Shown: positions 18,913-28,230, counted from the stretch's first letter. The stretch is 64,000 nt of DNA from Clostridia bacterium (GCA_017938445.1 JAGBBN010000012.1:3647-67646), one strand, 5' to 3'. A program made the numbers and translations. The notes: generated by a model from the letters alone, not told the origin.

Positions 18913-19644
18913 ATGGTTTTAATGGATATACATTCTCATATTCTACCCGGTGTTGACGATGGCCCAAAGGATATCGAGACCTCCTTGTCTATTCTTGAGA
19001 TGATGAAAGCCCAAGGTATAACCGATGTTATTGCAACCCCTCATTTTATAGCAACAGAAGAAAATCTTGAAGAATATATGCAACGTGTTGATGATTCATA
19101 TGCCACTTTATCCTCCATCGCAAAGGATAAGGATTTACCGAATATTATTTTAGGCAGTGAAGTTTTTTACTTTAACGGTATCGGTAAAAGCCAGAGTATA
19201 AAACAGCTTTGCATAAACGGTTCCGAATATCTGCTTCTCGAATTACCCAACTATTCGATAACGAGTTATATTTTAAACAACATCAAAGAGCTCAAAGAAA
19301 ACTTAAGGGTTACACCGATAATCGCCCATATTGAAAGATACTATCACGAGCGAGGCTTTAGAAATCTTTTGAAGCTTGTGAAGGACGGTACGGTACTAGC
19401 CCAGGTTAATGCTTCTTCCCTTCTGGATTCTCCTCGCAAAAAAGATGTGCTTAAACTCATAAAAAAAGGGTATATTACCTTTATAGCAACCGATGCTCAT
19501 TCCGTTGTTAACCGCCCTCCCCTTCTTGATAAAGCTCTCCACGAGGTGGCTATACGTTTCGGCGGCAAACAAAAAAATATTTTTATAAAAAATACTGAAA
19601 AACTATACAATGAACTAATCGGAGAATATTATTTTGCAGAGTAA
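18913..19644 (+). CDS. PHP-family protein-tyrosine phosphatase (CpsB/YwqE-like)
   Basis: MDIHSHILPGVDDGPKD, TPH, IAHIERY and TDAHS motifs. AAGGAGG SD. Confidence 0.85.
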   Translation: MVLMDIHSHILPGVDDGPKDIETSLSILEMMKAQGITDVIATPHFIATEENLEEYMQRVDDSYATLSSIAKDKDLPNIILGSEVFYFNGIGKSQSIKQLCINGSEYLLLELPNYSITSYILNNIKELKENLRVTPIIAHIERYYHERGFRNLLKLVKDGTVLAQVNASSLLDSPRKKDVLKLIKKGYITFIATDAHSVVNRPPLLDKALHEVAIRFGGKQKNIFIKNTEKLYNELIGEYYFAE

Positions 19645-20455
19645 AACCTTAAATATAAAGCTTAAAAACGGCGTTAAATACATTACCTTTCCAAAGCTTG
19701 AAGAGAAAACTCAGATTCGGCACATTTTTTCAACCCGTATAGGCGGTGTAAGTGAAGGCCGTTATTCCTCTATGAATTTAAGCTTCTCCAACGGAGATAC
19801 AAGGGAAAACGTTTTAAAAAACTATAAAATACTCTGCGAAACAGCAGATATTGATATCAATAATCTTGTGCTCTCTCACCAAACACACACTAACAATGTT
19901 AAAATTGTATCCTCAAAGGATAAGGGCACGGGAATTTTTAAAGAGCCTTTTCAGAATATTGACGGGCTTATTACTAACACCCCGGGTGTTGCTTTAGTTA
20001 CTCAATATGCGGATTGCACTCCCCTTTTGTTCTTTGACCCCGTTAAAAAGGTTATCGCCTGCTCCCACTCAGGTTGGAGAGGAACTGTTAAAGAAATCGG
20101 TAAGGTAACCGTGCAAAAAATGATGGATAACTTCGGCAGTAATCCCGGTGATATTATTGTGGGCATAGGTCCTTGCATTGCTAAATGCTGTTATGAAGTT
20201 GATATGCCTGTTTTCGAGGAATTTAAAAAAATTAATTATCTTGATTTAGATAAAATTTTCATCAGTAAGGGCAATGGCAAGTTTATGCTTGATACTGCCG
20301 AAGCCAATCGACAAATTTTAATAACTGCCGGCATAGATGAAAGAAATATTGACATTTCGGACCTTTGCACCAACTGTAACTGCTCTGAGCTTCACTCTCA
20401 TAGAGCTACAAAAGGTGAACGAGGCAATATGGCGGCTATAATTGAATTAAAATAA
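19634..20455 (+). CDS. pgeF: Peptidoglycan editing factor PgeF (YfiH/DUF152 laccase-domain protein)
   Basis: TRIGGVS, LSHQTHTN, ADCTPLLF, CSHSGWRG and CTNC motifs. TTG start with a GGAGAA SD. Confidence 0.8.
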   Translation: MQSKTLNIKLKNGVKYITFPKLEEKTQIRHIFSTRIGGVSEGRYSSMNLSFSNGDTRENVLKNYKILCETADIDINNLVLSHQTHTNNVKIVSSKDKGTGIFKEPFQNIDGLITNTPGVALVTQYADCTPLLFFDPVKKVIACSHSGWRGTVKEIGKVTVQKMMDNFGSNPGDIIVGIGPCIAKCCYEVDMPVFEEFKKINYLDLDKIFISKGNGKFMLDTAEANRQILITAGIDERNIDISDLCTNCNCSELHSHRATKGERGNMAAIIELK

Positions 20456-20474
20456 CAACAGAACGGAGCTTTTT

Positions 20475-21950
20475 ATGCGCAAATCAGGTATTTTAATGCC
20501 TATATTTTCTCTACCTTCAAAATACGGCATCGGCACCCTTGGGGCTGATGCCTATAAATTTATAGATTTTCTTAAAACTGCCGGACAAAGCTATTGGCAA
20601 ATTCTCCCTCTTAACCCCACAAATTATGGAGATTCGCCCTATCAGTCCTTTTCCTCATATGCGGGGAACCCTTATTTTGTTGATATCCAAACCCTTATAG
20701 AAGAAGGACTTTTAACACAAGCGGAAGCAGAAGCCTTTGATTTTGGGGACAATCCTGAACGAGTTGATTACGGCAAACTTTATGAAAACCGATTAAAGCT
20801 TCTAAAATTGGCTTTTTCAAGGTTTGAGGTTTCGGATGATTACATATCTTTTTGCAATGAAAATGCTTTTTGGCTAGATGATTATTCTCTTTTTATGGCG
20901 ATTAAGAATATTCATAATGACGCTTGTTGGAACGAATGGGAAAAGGAATACAAGCATAAAAATGAAGAAAAAATTGCTTGCGCAAGAATTGAACTTACAG
21001 AAATAATTAAATTTTATAAATTTGTTCAATATAAGTTTTCTAAGCAATGGCAAAAGCTTAAATCCTATGCCAATAAAAACGGTATACAGATTATTGGCGA
21101 CATCCCCATATATGTTGCTTATGACAGTGTTGATGTATGGAGTGAGCCCCAGCAATTTAAACTGGATGATGATTTAAATCCTAAAGTAATTGCGGGTTGT
21201 CCCCCTGATGCTTTTTCGGATGACGGTCAGCTTTGGGGTAACCCCATATACGACTGGGAATATATGAAAAAGGATAATTACGGTTGGTGGAAAAACCGAC
21301 TTAGTTACGCTTTTAAGCTTTATGATGTTGTCAGAATTGACCATTTCAGAGGTTTTGAAGCCTATTATACCATTCCCTTTGGTGATGAAACTGCTCAAAA
21401 CGGCGAATGGGAAAATGGTCCCGGAATGGATTTCTTCAATTCAATAAAAGCTAAATTAGGTAATGAACTGCCGATAATTGCGGAAGATTTAGGTTACCTT
21501 ACTCCCGAAGTTTTAAAATTACTTAAAGAAACCGGATTCCCCGGAATGAAGGTTTTGCAGTTTGCCTTTGATAGCGAAGAGGAAAGCAATTATCTTCCTC
21601 ATAACCATATAAAAAACTGTGTTGTTTATACGGGAACCCACGATAACGATACAATAGTCGGTTGGCTTGAAAATTCACCCGAAGATGATGTAAAATTCGC
21701 TAAGGACTATCTTGGTGTGAAATCTGACAGCGATTTTGGTTGGGCAATGATAAGGGCAGCCTTGATGAGTGTTGCTGATACTTGTATTCTTATGATGCCT
21801 GACCTTATAGGCCTTGGCAGCGAGGGTAGAATAAATTCCCCCTCTACACTGGGAGAAAACTGGCAATGGAGAATAAAAGGCGAATGTATTAATGACTGGC
21901 TTGCAGGTATTATAAAAGAAAACACGCAATTATATAAAAGATTACCTTAA
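20475..21950 (+). CDS. malQ: 4-alpha-glucanotransferase (GH77 amylomaltase)
   Basis: SGILMPIFSLPS, SPYQSFS, VRIDHFRGF, IAEDLG, YTGTHDN. Confidence 0.9.
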   Translation: MRKSGILMPIFSLPSKYGIGTLGADAYKFIDFLKTAGQSYWQILPLNPTNYGDSPYQSFSSYAGNPYFVDIQTLIEEGLLTQAEAEAFDFGDNPERVDYGKLYENRLKLLKLAFSRFEVSDDYISFCNENAFWLDDYSLFMAIKNIHNDACWNEWEKEYKHKNEEKIACARIELTEIIKFYKFVQYKFSKQWQKLKSYANKNGIQIIGDIPIYVAYDSVDVWSEPQQFKLDDDLNPKVIAGCPPDAFSDDGQLWGNPIYDWEYMKKDNYGWWKNRLSYAFKLYDVVRIDHFRGFEAYYTIPFGDETAQNGEWENGPGMDFFNSIKAKLGNELPIIAEDLGYLTPEVLKLLKETGFPGMKVLQFAFDSEEESNYLPHNHIKNCVVYTGTHDNDTIVGWLENSPEDDVKFAKDYLGVKSDSDFGWAMIRAALMSVADTCILMMPDLIGLGSEGRINSPSTLGENWQWRIKGECINDWLAGIIKENTQLYKRLP

Positions 21951-21954
21951 AATG

Positions 21955-21995
21955 AAAAAAGCAGAGTTTCTTTACGAAACTCTGCTTTACTTTTT
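21955..21995. terminator. Bidirectional terminator between convergent malQ and rplL
   Basis: AAAAAAGCAGAGTTTC-tttac-GAAACTCTGCTTTACTTTTT. Confidence 0.75.
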
Positions 21996-22006
21996 CTAAG
22001 TAAAAA

Positions 22007-22384
22007 TTACTTAAGTTCAACAGTAGCGCCAACCTCAGTAAGCTTAGCCTTGATTTCCTCAGCCTCTTCCTTGCTTGCAGCTTCCTTAAGGGTCTTAGGA
22101 GCGCCGTCAACAAGAGCCTTAGCCTCAGCAAGACCAAGACCGGTGATCTCACGAACTGCCTTGATAACCTTAATCTTCTCAGCGCCAGCGTTTGCGAGAA
22201 TAACGTCAAACTCAGTCTTCTCTTCAGCTGCTGCTGCGCCGCCTGCTGCGGGAGCTGCTACTGCAACTGCTGCTGCAGCGGATACGCCAAATTCTTCTTC
22301 TACTGCTTTAACGAGCTCAGAAAGCTCAAGTACTGTAAGAGTCTTTAACTCTTCGATCATAGCTGTGATTTTCTCAGATGCCAT
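22007..22384 (-). CDS. rplL: 50S ribosomal protein L7/L12
   Basis: [34 protein letters not shown], an Ala-rich hinge, [30 protein letters not shown] precedes the ATG at 22384. Confidence 0.95.
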   Translation of the reverse strand: MASEKITAMIEELKTLTVLELSELVKAVEEEFGVSAAAAVAVAAPAAGGAAAAEEKTEFDVILANAGAEKIKVIKAVREITGLGLAEAKALVDGAPKTLKEAASKEEAEEIKAKLTEVGATVELK

Positions 22385-22425
22385 TTTATTTTCCTCCAAA
22401 ATTGTTTTTTATTTTTTTAATTTAA

Positions 22426-22932
22426 TTATTCTGCTGCTTCATCGCCCTTATCAACGATGGCCTGAACGGCACGGGCAAATGCAGCGATAGGTGCCTGGAA
22501 GGCACTGAGCACTGTTGCGAGAAGAACCTCCTTGGTGGGAAGATCTGCAAGTGCTTTAATTGTTGCGATGTCTACTACCTTACCGTCAAGGAAACCGCCC
22601 TTAATGTTGAAGTTTTCATGACCTTCAGCATATTTGTTAAGTATTCTTGCAGCGGCAGTATAATCCTCGTTTGAAAGAGCAATAGCGGTTGTTCCCTCGA
22701 GAACTGACTGAAGCTCCTCAAGATCTGTTCCTGCGATTGCACGGCGAAGAATTGTATTCTTCACAACGAAATAATCAATATTGTTCTCACGTAACTCCTT
22801 ACGTAAAACAGTATCATCAGTAACAGAGATACCCTTATAATCTACGATAACACCTGTAACGGCGCCGGAGATTTTTTCGGCGATAGCCTCTACCTGCTTT
22901 TGCTTTTCCTGTAATACTACAGCATTCGGCAT
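22426..22932 (-). CDS. rplJ: 50S ribosomal protein L10
   Basis: MPNAVVLQEKQKQVEAIAEKI...DYKGISV..LR..LRE is typical of L10. GGAGGTG SD. The tracked ORF extension to 22992 was rejected. Confidence 0.9.
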   Translation of the reverse strand: MPNAVVLQEKQKQVEAIAEKISGAVTGVIVDYKGISVTDDTVLRKELRENNIDYFVVKNTILRRAIAGTDLEELQSVLEGTTAIALSNEDYTAAARILNKYAEGHENFNIKGGFLDGKVVDIATIKALADLPTKEVLLATVLSAFQAPIAAFARAVQAIVDKGDEAAE

Positions 22933-23067
22933 TATTTTCACCTCCGAAAAAAAATTAAACCCATCCAAAGACATGGATGGGCATAAAAACACAATGTTTC
23001 AAGCGCGCACCTCGGTAGGCGATTAACTTACGGCACTATTGCCACCTACTGTCTTTGGAATTGCAAC
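22933..23067 (-). promoter_or_regulatory. rplJ 5' leader (L10-leader-type autoregulatory attenuator)
   Basis: A ~135-nt structured leader downstream of a consensus promoter. It ends in CCCATCCA-6 nt-TGGATGGG plus TTTAATTTTTTTT (22947-22981) just before the SD. Its position matches the Firmicute L10 leader. Confidence 0.6.
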
Positions 23068-23073
23068 AAAAGG

Positions 23074-23102
23074 ATTATACACCATTGCGGTGCATTTGTC
23101 AA
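23074..23102 (-). promoter_or_regulatory. Consensus sigmaA promoter of rplJL
   Basis: TTGACA-17 nt-TATAAT on the minus strand. Confidence 0.7.
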
Positions 23103-23108
23103 GCATTT

Positions 23109-23882
23109 TTATAAATTATTTAATTTTGTGAAAGAATCGGCAATTTCACTGTATTCTTTATAAGCATCCTTATAAACCTCGATTATATAAGAACCCTTAT
23201 ATCCAAGTGAGGCTGTATAATCAAAAAAACTCTTAAAATCGAAGCCGCCTTTACCCGGAAGCATACAGTCAGATGCCACCGAATGGTCACTTATATGATA
23301 ATGAAATATGTTTTGCGAAAATTCTTCAATTAATTCATAAGGATTATATCCGCAACGTATAGCCTGTTTAATATCAAGGCAAAATTTTGCATCCTCGCCC
23401 AAAATATCAACCATACTTTTTAGAAACTCTTTTTCCCCCGCTCTGTAACGAACTACATTTTCTTGTAAAACGCAAACACCCTGCTTTTGTGTTACAGAAT
23501 TTATCTGCATATATCTTTCGCAGTATTCTTCATCATTAAGCACTCCGTTAGGCTTTCCGCCGTGCATTATGATATAATCAGCGCCCAGTCTTGCGGCTAT
23601 TTCGGAATAACGGGCATAGTCATCAAGGCCTTGACGGTATCTGCGCTCATAAGCCGAGAAAAACATAAATGATTCCGCAAGGGACATTGTTGGATGAACA
23701 GCTGTAACATTTATTCCGTATTCATCCTTTATATCCTCAAGAATATCTATAAAGCTACATTTGAGCTCACATTCGGCATTGAAAAATATTTCGGTTGTCT
23801 TTATCCCGGATTTTCCTATTTCTTCTAATGCAACTTCGGTTTCAAGAGGATAATAACTGGCTGTAGATACTCCTATTTTCAT
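23109..23882 (-). CDS. Sugar phosphate isomerase/epimerase (xylose isomerase-like TIM barrel)
   Basis: MKIGVSTASYYP...EIFF..., HGG and HISD motifs typical of the AP endonuclease 2/TIM family. Confidence 0.7.
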   Translation of the reverse strand: MKIGVSTASYYPLETEVALEEIGKSGIKTTEIFFNAECELKCSFIDILEDIKDEYGINVTAVHPTMSLAESFMFFSAYERRYRQGLDDYARYSEIAARLGADYIIMHGGKPNGVLNDEEYCERYMQINSVTQKQGVCVLQENVVRYRAGEKEFLKSMVDILGEDAKFCLDIKQAIRCGYNPYELIEEFSQNIFHYHISDHSVASDCMLPGKGGFDFKSFFDYTASLGYKGSYIIEVYKDAYKEYSEIADSFTKLNNL

Positions 23883-25597
23883 TTTTCACCCTCCGGTGTT
23901 ACAAAAACAGTTTTATTTGTAGTATAAATAACCATTCCGGGCTTTGCGCCGTTGGGTTTCTTAACAAATTTTGCGGGTGTATAATCAACAGCCACATTTG
24001 ATGAAGCAGCCGCCTTAGAGTTTGTGGCGGCAAGACCTGCCGCAAAAAGAACGGTTTCATCGCTTACCTCTTCCCCACCACAAAATACTATTACATGAGA
24101 ACCTGGTATGTTTTTAACGTGGAACCATAAATCGTTTTTATTCGCAAGAACACAGGTAAGATAATCATTCTGGCGGTTATTTTTACCCACTGCTATTTTA
24201 TATCCCTCTTTAGAAGTATATTCAAGAAAAGAGGTTATTTGTTGTTTTTTCTTTTTACCCTTCAAAACAGGTCTTCTTATATAACCCGATTCCGAGAGCT
24301 CATCTCTGATTTCTGAAATTTCAGATATGCTCTCGCATCTTGAAATGCTATCTGCAACCGATTCAAGATACAAAAGCTCCTTTTTATCCTCCTCAGTAAG
24401 CTTTAACAGAGTTTGCTCGGCAGTATAGGTCTTTTTATATTCCTTAAAATATTTTGCCGCATTAGCAGAAGGAGATAAGGCGGGATTAAGGGGTATTTTT
24501 ATCGTGCTTAGCTGCTCATCATAATAATTCTGTACCGTAGCAATACTGCTTCCGTTTTCAATGGCATAAAGATTTGCTTTTATTAGTTCACCGTAAATTC
24601 GATACTTTTCTCTATCCTTGCATTTCTCTAATTCACAAAGTCGCAGACTTAATTTTTTCTGAATTCGGTTTATGGCATTGGATACAGTTTTAATAATATC
24701 TGCCGCACCTTGACGAACTAAAGCATTTCTTTGCTTTTCGGCATAAAAATCATCCAAAAGCTTGGAATAGCTTTCATACAAATGGCATTTGAATTTTTCG
24801 CCGTATTGCTTTATCTCGGTATAGCAAAAATCATAAGGCTCACCGTTCTCTGATTTAAGCATATAAGGTTTACCAAAGTCGGATAAATCCTTAAACTTTT
24901 TTTCTAACTGAGCTTCAAGCGTTTCTTTCTGCGCCTCATTGGTTAAAATATCTCCGCCGCAACGGTAGGCAATTTCCCTCGCAATAATGGGAGAAAATCC
25001 CTGAACATTATCGAGTATTGCTTTCCATAAAGGAAGCTCACCCATATTATATATTTTTGAGGTGATTTCTTGCGCTGATATTTTTAAGGGATTAAGCTTA
25101 TCCAAGGATTTTGGATATTCATATTTAGCCCCCGGTTGAATAAAACGAGTGGCATTTTCAATATCACTGCGGCGTATAGCATCTATAATCTTCCCGTCAG
25201 AATTAACGAGAATAATATTTGACTGATTACCTATAAATTCGCATATAAGCCTTATTTGTACCCTATCACCCAACTCGTTGGTGGCGGAAAAAATAAGCTC
25301 TGCGATTCTCTCAAGGTCATTTTGGATAATATCAATCAGTCTCGCACCCGATAAGTGTTTACGCACAAGCATACAAAACATAGGAGGTGTATCGGGATTT
25401 TCATACTTTTCCTCCGTGAAATGAAGCCTTGCACTTCCGCTTCTGACAGATATAAGCAATCTCTTTACAAAGCCTTTTTTTCGCAGCAAAAATACCAGCT
25501 CATCCCTTGATGGCTGGTAAATTTTATCAATATGACAGTCCTTTGCGGATTTTAACTCTGTTATGAGTTTATGGAGAAATCCACCGTCAAATGCCAT
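23879..25597 (-). CDS. rqcH: NFACT-family ribosome quality control protein RqcH (FbpA-like)
   Basis: MAFDGGFLHKLITELK...IDKIYQP N-terminus (NFACT-N), coiled-coil middle, C-terminal NFACT-R (DLWFHVKNIPGSHVIV). Confidence 0.85.
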   Translation of the reverse strand: MAFDGGFLHKLITELKSAKDCHIDKIYQPSRDELVFLLRKKGFVKRLLISVRSGSARLHFTEEKYENPDTPPMFCMLVRKHLSGARLIDIIQNDLERIAELIFSATNELGDRVQIRLICEFIGNQSNIILVNSDGKIIDAIRRSDIENATRFIQPGAKYEYPKSLDKLNPLKISAQEITSKIYNMGELPLWKAILDNVQGFSPIIAREIAYRCGGDILTNEAQKETLEAQLEKKFKDLSDFGKPYMLKSENGEPYDFCYTEIKQYGEKFKCHLYESYSKLLDDFYAEKQRNALVRQGAADIIKTVSNAINRIQKKLSLRLCELEKCKDREKYRIYGELIKANLYAIENGSSIATVQNYYDEQLSTIKIPLNPALSPSANAAKYFKEYKKTYTAEQTLLKLTEEDKKELLYLESVADSISRCESISEISEIRDELSESGYIRRPVLKGKKKKQQITSFLEYTSKEGYKIAVGKNNRQNDYLTCVLANKNDLWFHVKNIPGSHVIVFCGGEEVSDETVLFAAGLAATNSKAAASSNVAVDYTPAKFVKKPNGAKPGMVIYTTNKTVFVTPEGEK

Positions 25598-26267
25598 TTT
25601 TTATTTCCTCCAAAGACTTTGCGGTTTTAAAATAAAATTCATATTCCCTTTTCTTTTCAGGAATATTCTCAAGGGAAGCGGCACAGTCACTCAGCCGCTT
25701 GATTTGTTTATTTATGTAAGTAGCTCCGTTTTCGGTATTCGTATCAATTTTTCCGATATAATAAAAATGAGAAGGCTTTTCTTCCCTTTTACCGCTAAAA
25801 CGCACAAGCATAACGGAATATACCCTGCCGGTATCCAAAACCGTGGGTTCTTCTATTATCTCAAATCCGTTATCATATAAATATTTACGAAGCTGCTCAG
25901 CAGAGGTCATAGGCTGAAGAATAAGGGTTATATCCTTATTAGCTATCCAATCGCATCTCGAAAGAATACCCGATATAACCTCTCCGCCCATACCTGCTAT
26001 TATAACAGTATCGGCTTCATCCTTTTTTACGGCATCAAGACCGTCACAAAGGCGAAGCTCTATTCCCGAAACATCCGCCTTTTTAACATTTTTTTCGGCG
26101 GTTGCTAAAGGTTTTTCCCTTATATCGGTTGCAATAACCGAAGAGGCTATCCCCGTATTTTTTAAAAAAATCGGTAAATAGCCGTGGTCGGTACCAACAT
26201 CGCAAACCGAAGCTCCCCTTTTTATAAGGGATGCAATAAGCTTTAGTCGCTCACTTAAAGTATGCAT
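25587..26267 (-). CDS. trmK: tRNA (adenine22-N1)-methyltransferase TrmK
   Basis: LSERLKLIASLI...DVGTDHGYLPIFL, IATDI, DTVIIAGMGG and LILQP are colinear with B. subtilis TrmK (YqfN). Confidence 0.8.
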   Translation of the reverse strand: MHTLSERLKLIASLIKRGASVCDVGTDHGYLPIFLKNTGIASSVIATDIREKPLATAEKNVKKADVSGIELRLCDGLDAVKKDEADTVIIAGMGGEVISGILSRCDWIANKDITLILQPMTSAEQLRKYLYDNGFEIIEEPTVLDTGRVYSVMLVRFSGKREEKPSHFYYIGKIDTNTENGATYINKQIKRLSDCAASLENIPEKKREYEFYFKTAKSLEEIKNGI

Positions 26268-26467
26268 TATTTATCTTCGAAATATTTGTTAAGCTTTTCG
26301 AGTAACTTGTCACAGTCCGTTCCGTGAACACTACAAGCCTGTTCTATAGTTTCACCTCTTGAAGCAGGACAACCAAGACAATGCATACCAATTTCAAAAA
26401 AATACTGTGCAGCGCCTGTATCTATATCAAGAACGTCACCTATAAGCATATCCTTTGTAATTTTCAT
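26267..26467 (-). CDS. DUF1858 / hybrid-cluster-protein-associated redox disulfide domain protein
   Basis: MKITKDMLIGDVL...FEIGMHCLGCPASRGETIEQACSVHG. GGAGGA SD. TAATG overlap with trmK. Confidence 0.7.
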   Translation of the reverse strand: MKITKDMLIGDVLDIDTGAAQYFFEIGMHCLGCPASRGETIEQACSVHGTDCDKLLEKLNKYFEDK

Positions 26468-26485
26468 TTTTATTTCCTCCATTTT

Positions 26486-27457
26486 TTATATTAGTTTTAC
26501 CTTTTCGTTTAAATCCATACGTCCGTGGTTATAAAGCTTTCGGTTATCAAGAGCCCAAAGTCTTCCTGTAAAATCATCAGCTTTTGTAGACGATACTGCT
26601 TCTCTCATTTCAAAAATTCTCGAATCAATAAGGTCAAGCTCAGAAAGAATTTCTGCTTCGATAAACATTGGCCTCACCGCCGCACCGAATTCAGGTTCAC
26701 CGTGGTGAGAAAGAATCATATGCTCAACAAGCATTGCGGTTTTTTCATTGATACCAAGCTCCTGCGCATATCTTCTAATCATCATAGCACCCATTGCAAG
26801 ATGACCGATAAGATTACCCTCAACCGAATAACCCGAAGCTATTCCCGATTCGCCAACCTCAAACTCCTCAAGCTTTGAAATATCGTGAAGCATTGCTCCC
26901 GAGATAAGCAAATCACTATCTACAAAGGGATAAATATTGCAAACCGATTGAGCTAAGCGAACAATTGAGAGTATATGCATAAGCAGTCCACCACGTAAAG
27001 CGTGGTGCAGCTTAAATGCGGCAGGCCAATAAAGCATACTAAGACGGTTATCTTCATATATTTTTTTAACCAGCCTTTTTAAATCCTCATCTTTAAAAGA
27101 ATCTACAATGCAAATAAGCTCATTATACATCTGTTCTCCCGTATAATCGGCTGACTGAACAAAATCGTCTATCTTAACTCCGTCACTCTCAAGGGCAATA
27201 CGAATTTTCTCAACCCTTAATTGGTCACTGCCGTTATACTGAGAAATAGTTCCTCTTACCTTTATTATCTGGTTTGCTTCATACTCACCGTGCACCTCTT
27301 TTGAATAACGCCACAGCTTTGCATTGATTTCCCCATCATTATCTCCTAAGGTCATATCAAGATATGTATCCCCTTTTGAAGATGTTTTGATATCTATAGA
27401 TTTGATAAGGCAAAAGCCATCTACCAAACCGTTATTATCAACAGGTGTGAAATTCAT
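26486..27457 (-). CDS. yhaM: 3'-5' exoribonuclease YhaM (OB-fold + HD domain)
   Basis: OB-fold N-terminus (DGEINAKLW...QYNGSDQL) and HD domain (LHDISK, HMILSHHG) are colinear with B. subtilis YhaM. GGAGG SD precedes the ATG at 27457. Confidence 0.8.
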   Translation of the reverse strand: MNFTPVDNNGLVDGFCLIKSIDIKTSSKGDTYLDMTLGDNDGEINAKLWRYSKEVHGEYEANQIIKVRGTISQYNGSDQLRVEKIRIALESDGVKIDDFVQSADYTGEQMYNELICIVDSFKDEDLKRLVKKIYEDNRLSMLYWPAAFKLHHALRGGLLMHILSIVRLAQSVCNIYPFVDSDLLISGAMLHDISKLEEFEVGESGIASGYSVEGNLIGHLAMGAMMIRRYAQELGINEKTAMLVEHMILSHHGEPEFGAAVRPMFIEAEILSELDLIDSRIFEMREAVSSTKADDFTGRLWALDNRKLYNHGRMDLNEKVKLI

Positions 27458-27652
27458 ATTTTCAACCTCCAAAGCCTTTTTTTATATTATACTATGTGAC
27501 AGATGCTAATTCAAGTTTTTTAAAATAAACAAATTAAACTTTAATTTTATAGTCAACAGTTACAATTTTTTCTTTTTACAAAAAAATGTATTTACATTGG
27601 AAATGTTTAGTGATATAATTAGCATATATAATAATATGAGGAGGCAGTATCT

Positions 27653-28144
27653 ATGAAAAAGATTATTGCATTATTAATCGCAGTTGTTATGGTTTTCACC
27701 CTTTCTGTTACAGCTTTTGCTGCAAGCAGTCCTTCTAAGGATAAGGTTTATAAGGTTACAATCGTTGACGGTAAGTCGGGCGTTATCGCTTCTCCCTCTG
27801 TTGATGAAGGCGTTGCAGTTGAGCTCGAATCCAATTCAAAGAACGGTAAATTCAATAATTGGACCGTTTATAAGGCAGACGGTAAAACCTTAGCTGTAGC
27901 CGGTGTTGATTACACCCTCGCTGCAGGAACTCTTAATGATGCTGATGCAGAAATTATTCCTTTGGCTGACATTATTATCTGCGGTAACTATGACAATGTT
28001 AAAACCGATCCTTCCGTTGCTCTTAAAGGTGATGGTTCCGATAAGGCTCCCCAGACAGGTGATGTAACCGCTATGGTTCTCGTTCTTGTTATGGCTGCAG
28101 CTGCAGGTCTTGGTCTAGTTGCTAAAAAGCAGTTTGCTAAGTAA
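27653..28144 (+). CDS. Small cell-surface protein with a sortase-type C-terminal sorting signal (APQTG)
   Basis: Signal peptide MKKIIALLIAVVMVFTLSVTAFA. C-terminal APQTGD + hydrophobic helix + KKQFAK. Promoter TTTACA-17-TATAAT upstream. Confidence 0.7.
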   Translation: MKKIIALLIAVVMVFTLSVTAFAASSPSKDKVYKVTIVDGKSGVIASPSVDEGVAVELESNSKNGKFNNWTVYKADGKTLAVAGVDYTLAAGTLNDADAEIIPLADIIICGNYDNVKTDPSVALKGDGSDKAPQTGDVTAMVLVLVMAAAAGLGLVAKKQFAK

Positions 28145-28159
28145 TTTATAAAAATTTAT

Positions 28160-28190
28160 AACCGACGGAAAATCCGTCGGTTATTTTTTT
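28160..28190 (+). terminator. Intrinsic terminator
   Basis: AACCGACGG-aaaat-CCGTCGGTT followed by ATTTTTTT. Confidence 0.8.
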
Positions 28191-28194
28191 GCAT

Positions 28195-28225
28195 AAAAAA
28201 GCCTTGGGATTTACCCCAAGGCTTT
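28195..28225. terminator. Palindromic hairpin (bidirectional terminator), copy 1 of the GCCTTGGG/CCCAAGGC palindrome
   Basis: AAAAAAGCCTTGGG-atttac-CCCAAGGCTTT. Confidence 0.65.
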
Positions 28226-28230
28226 CACTT

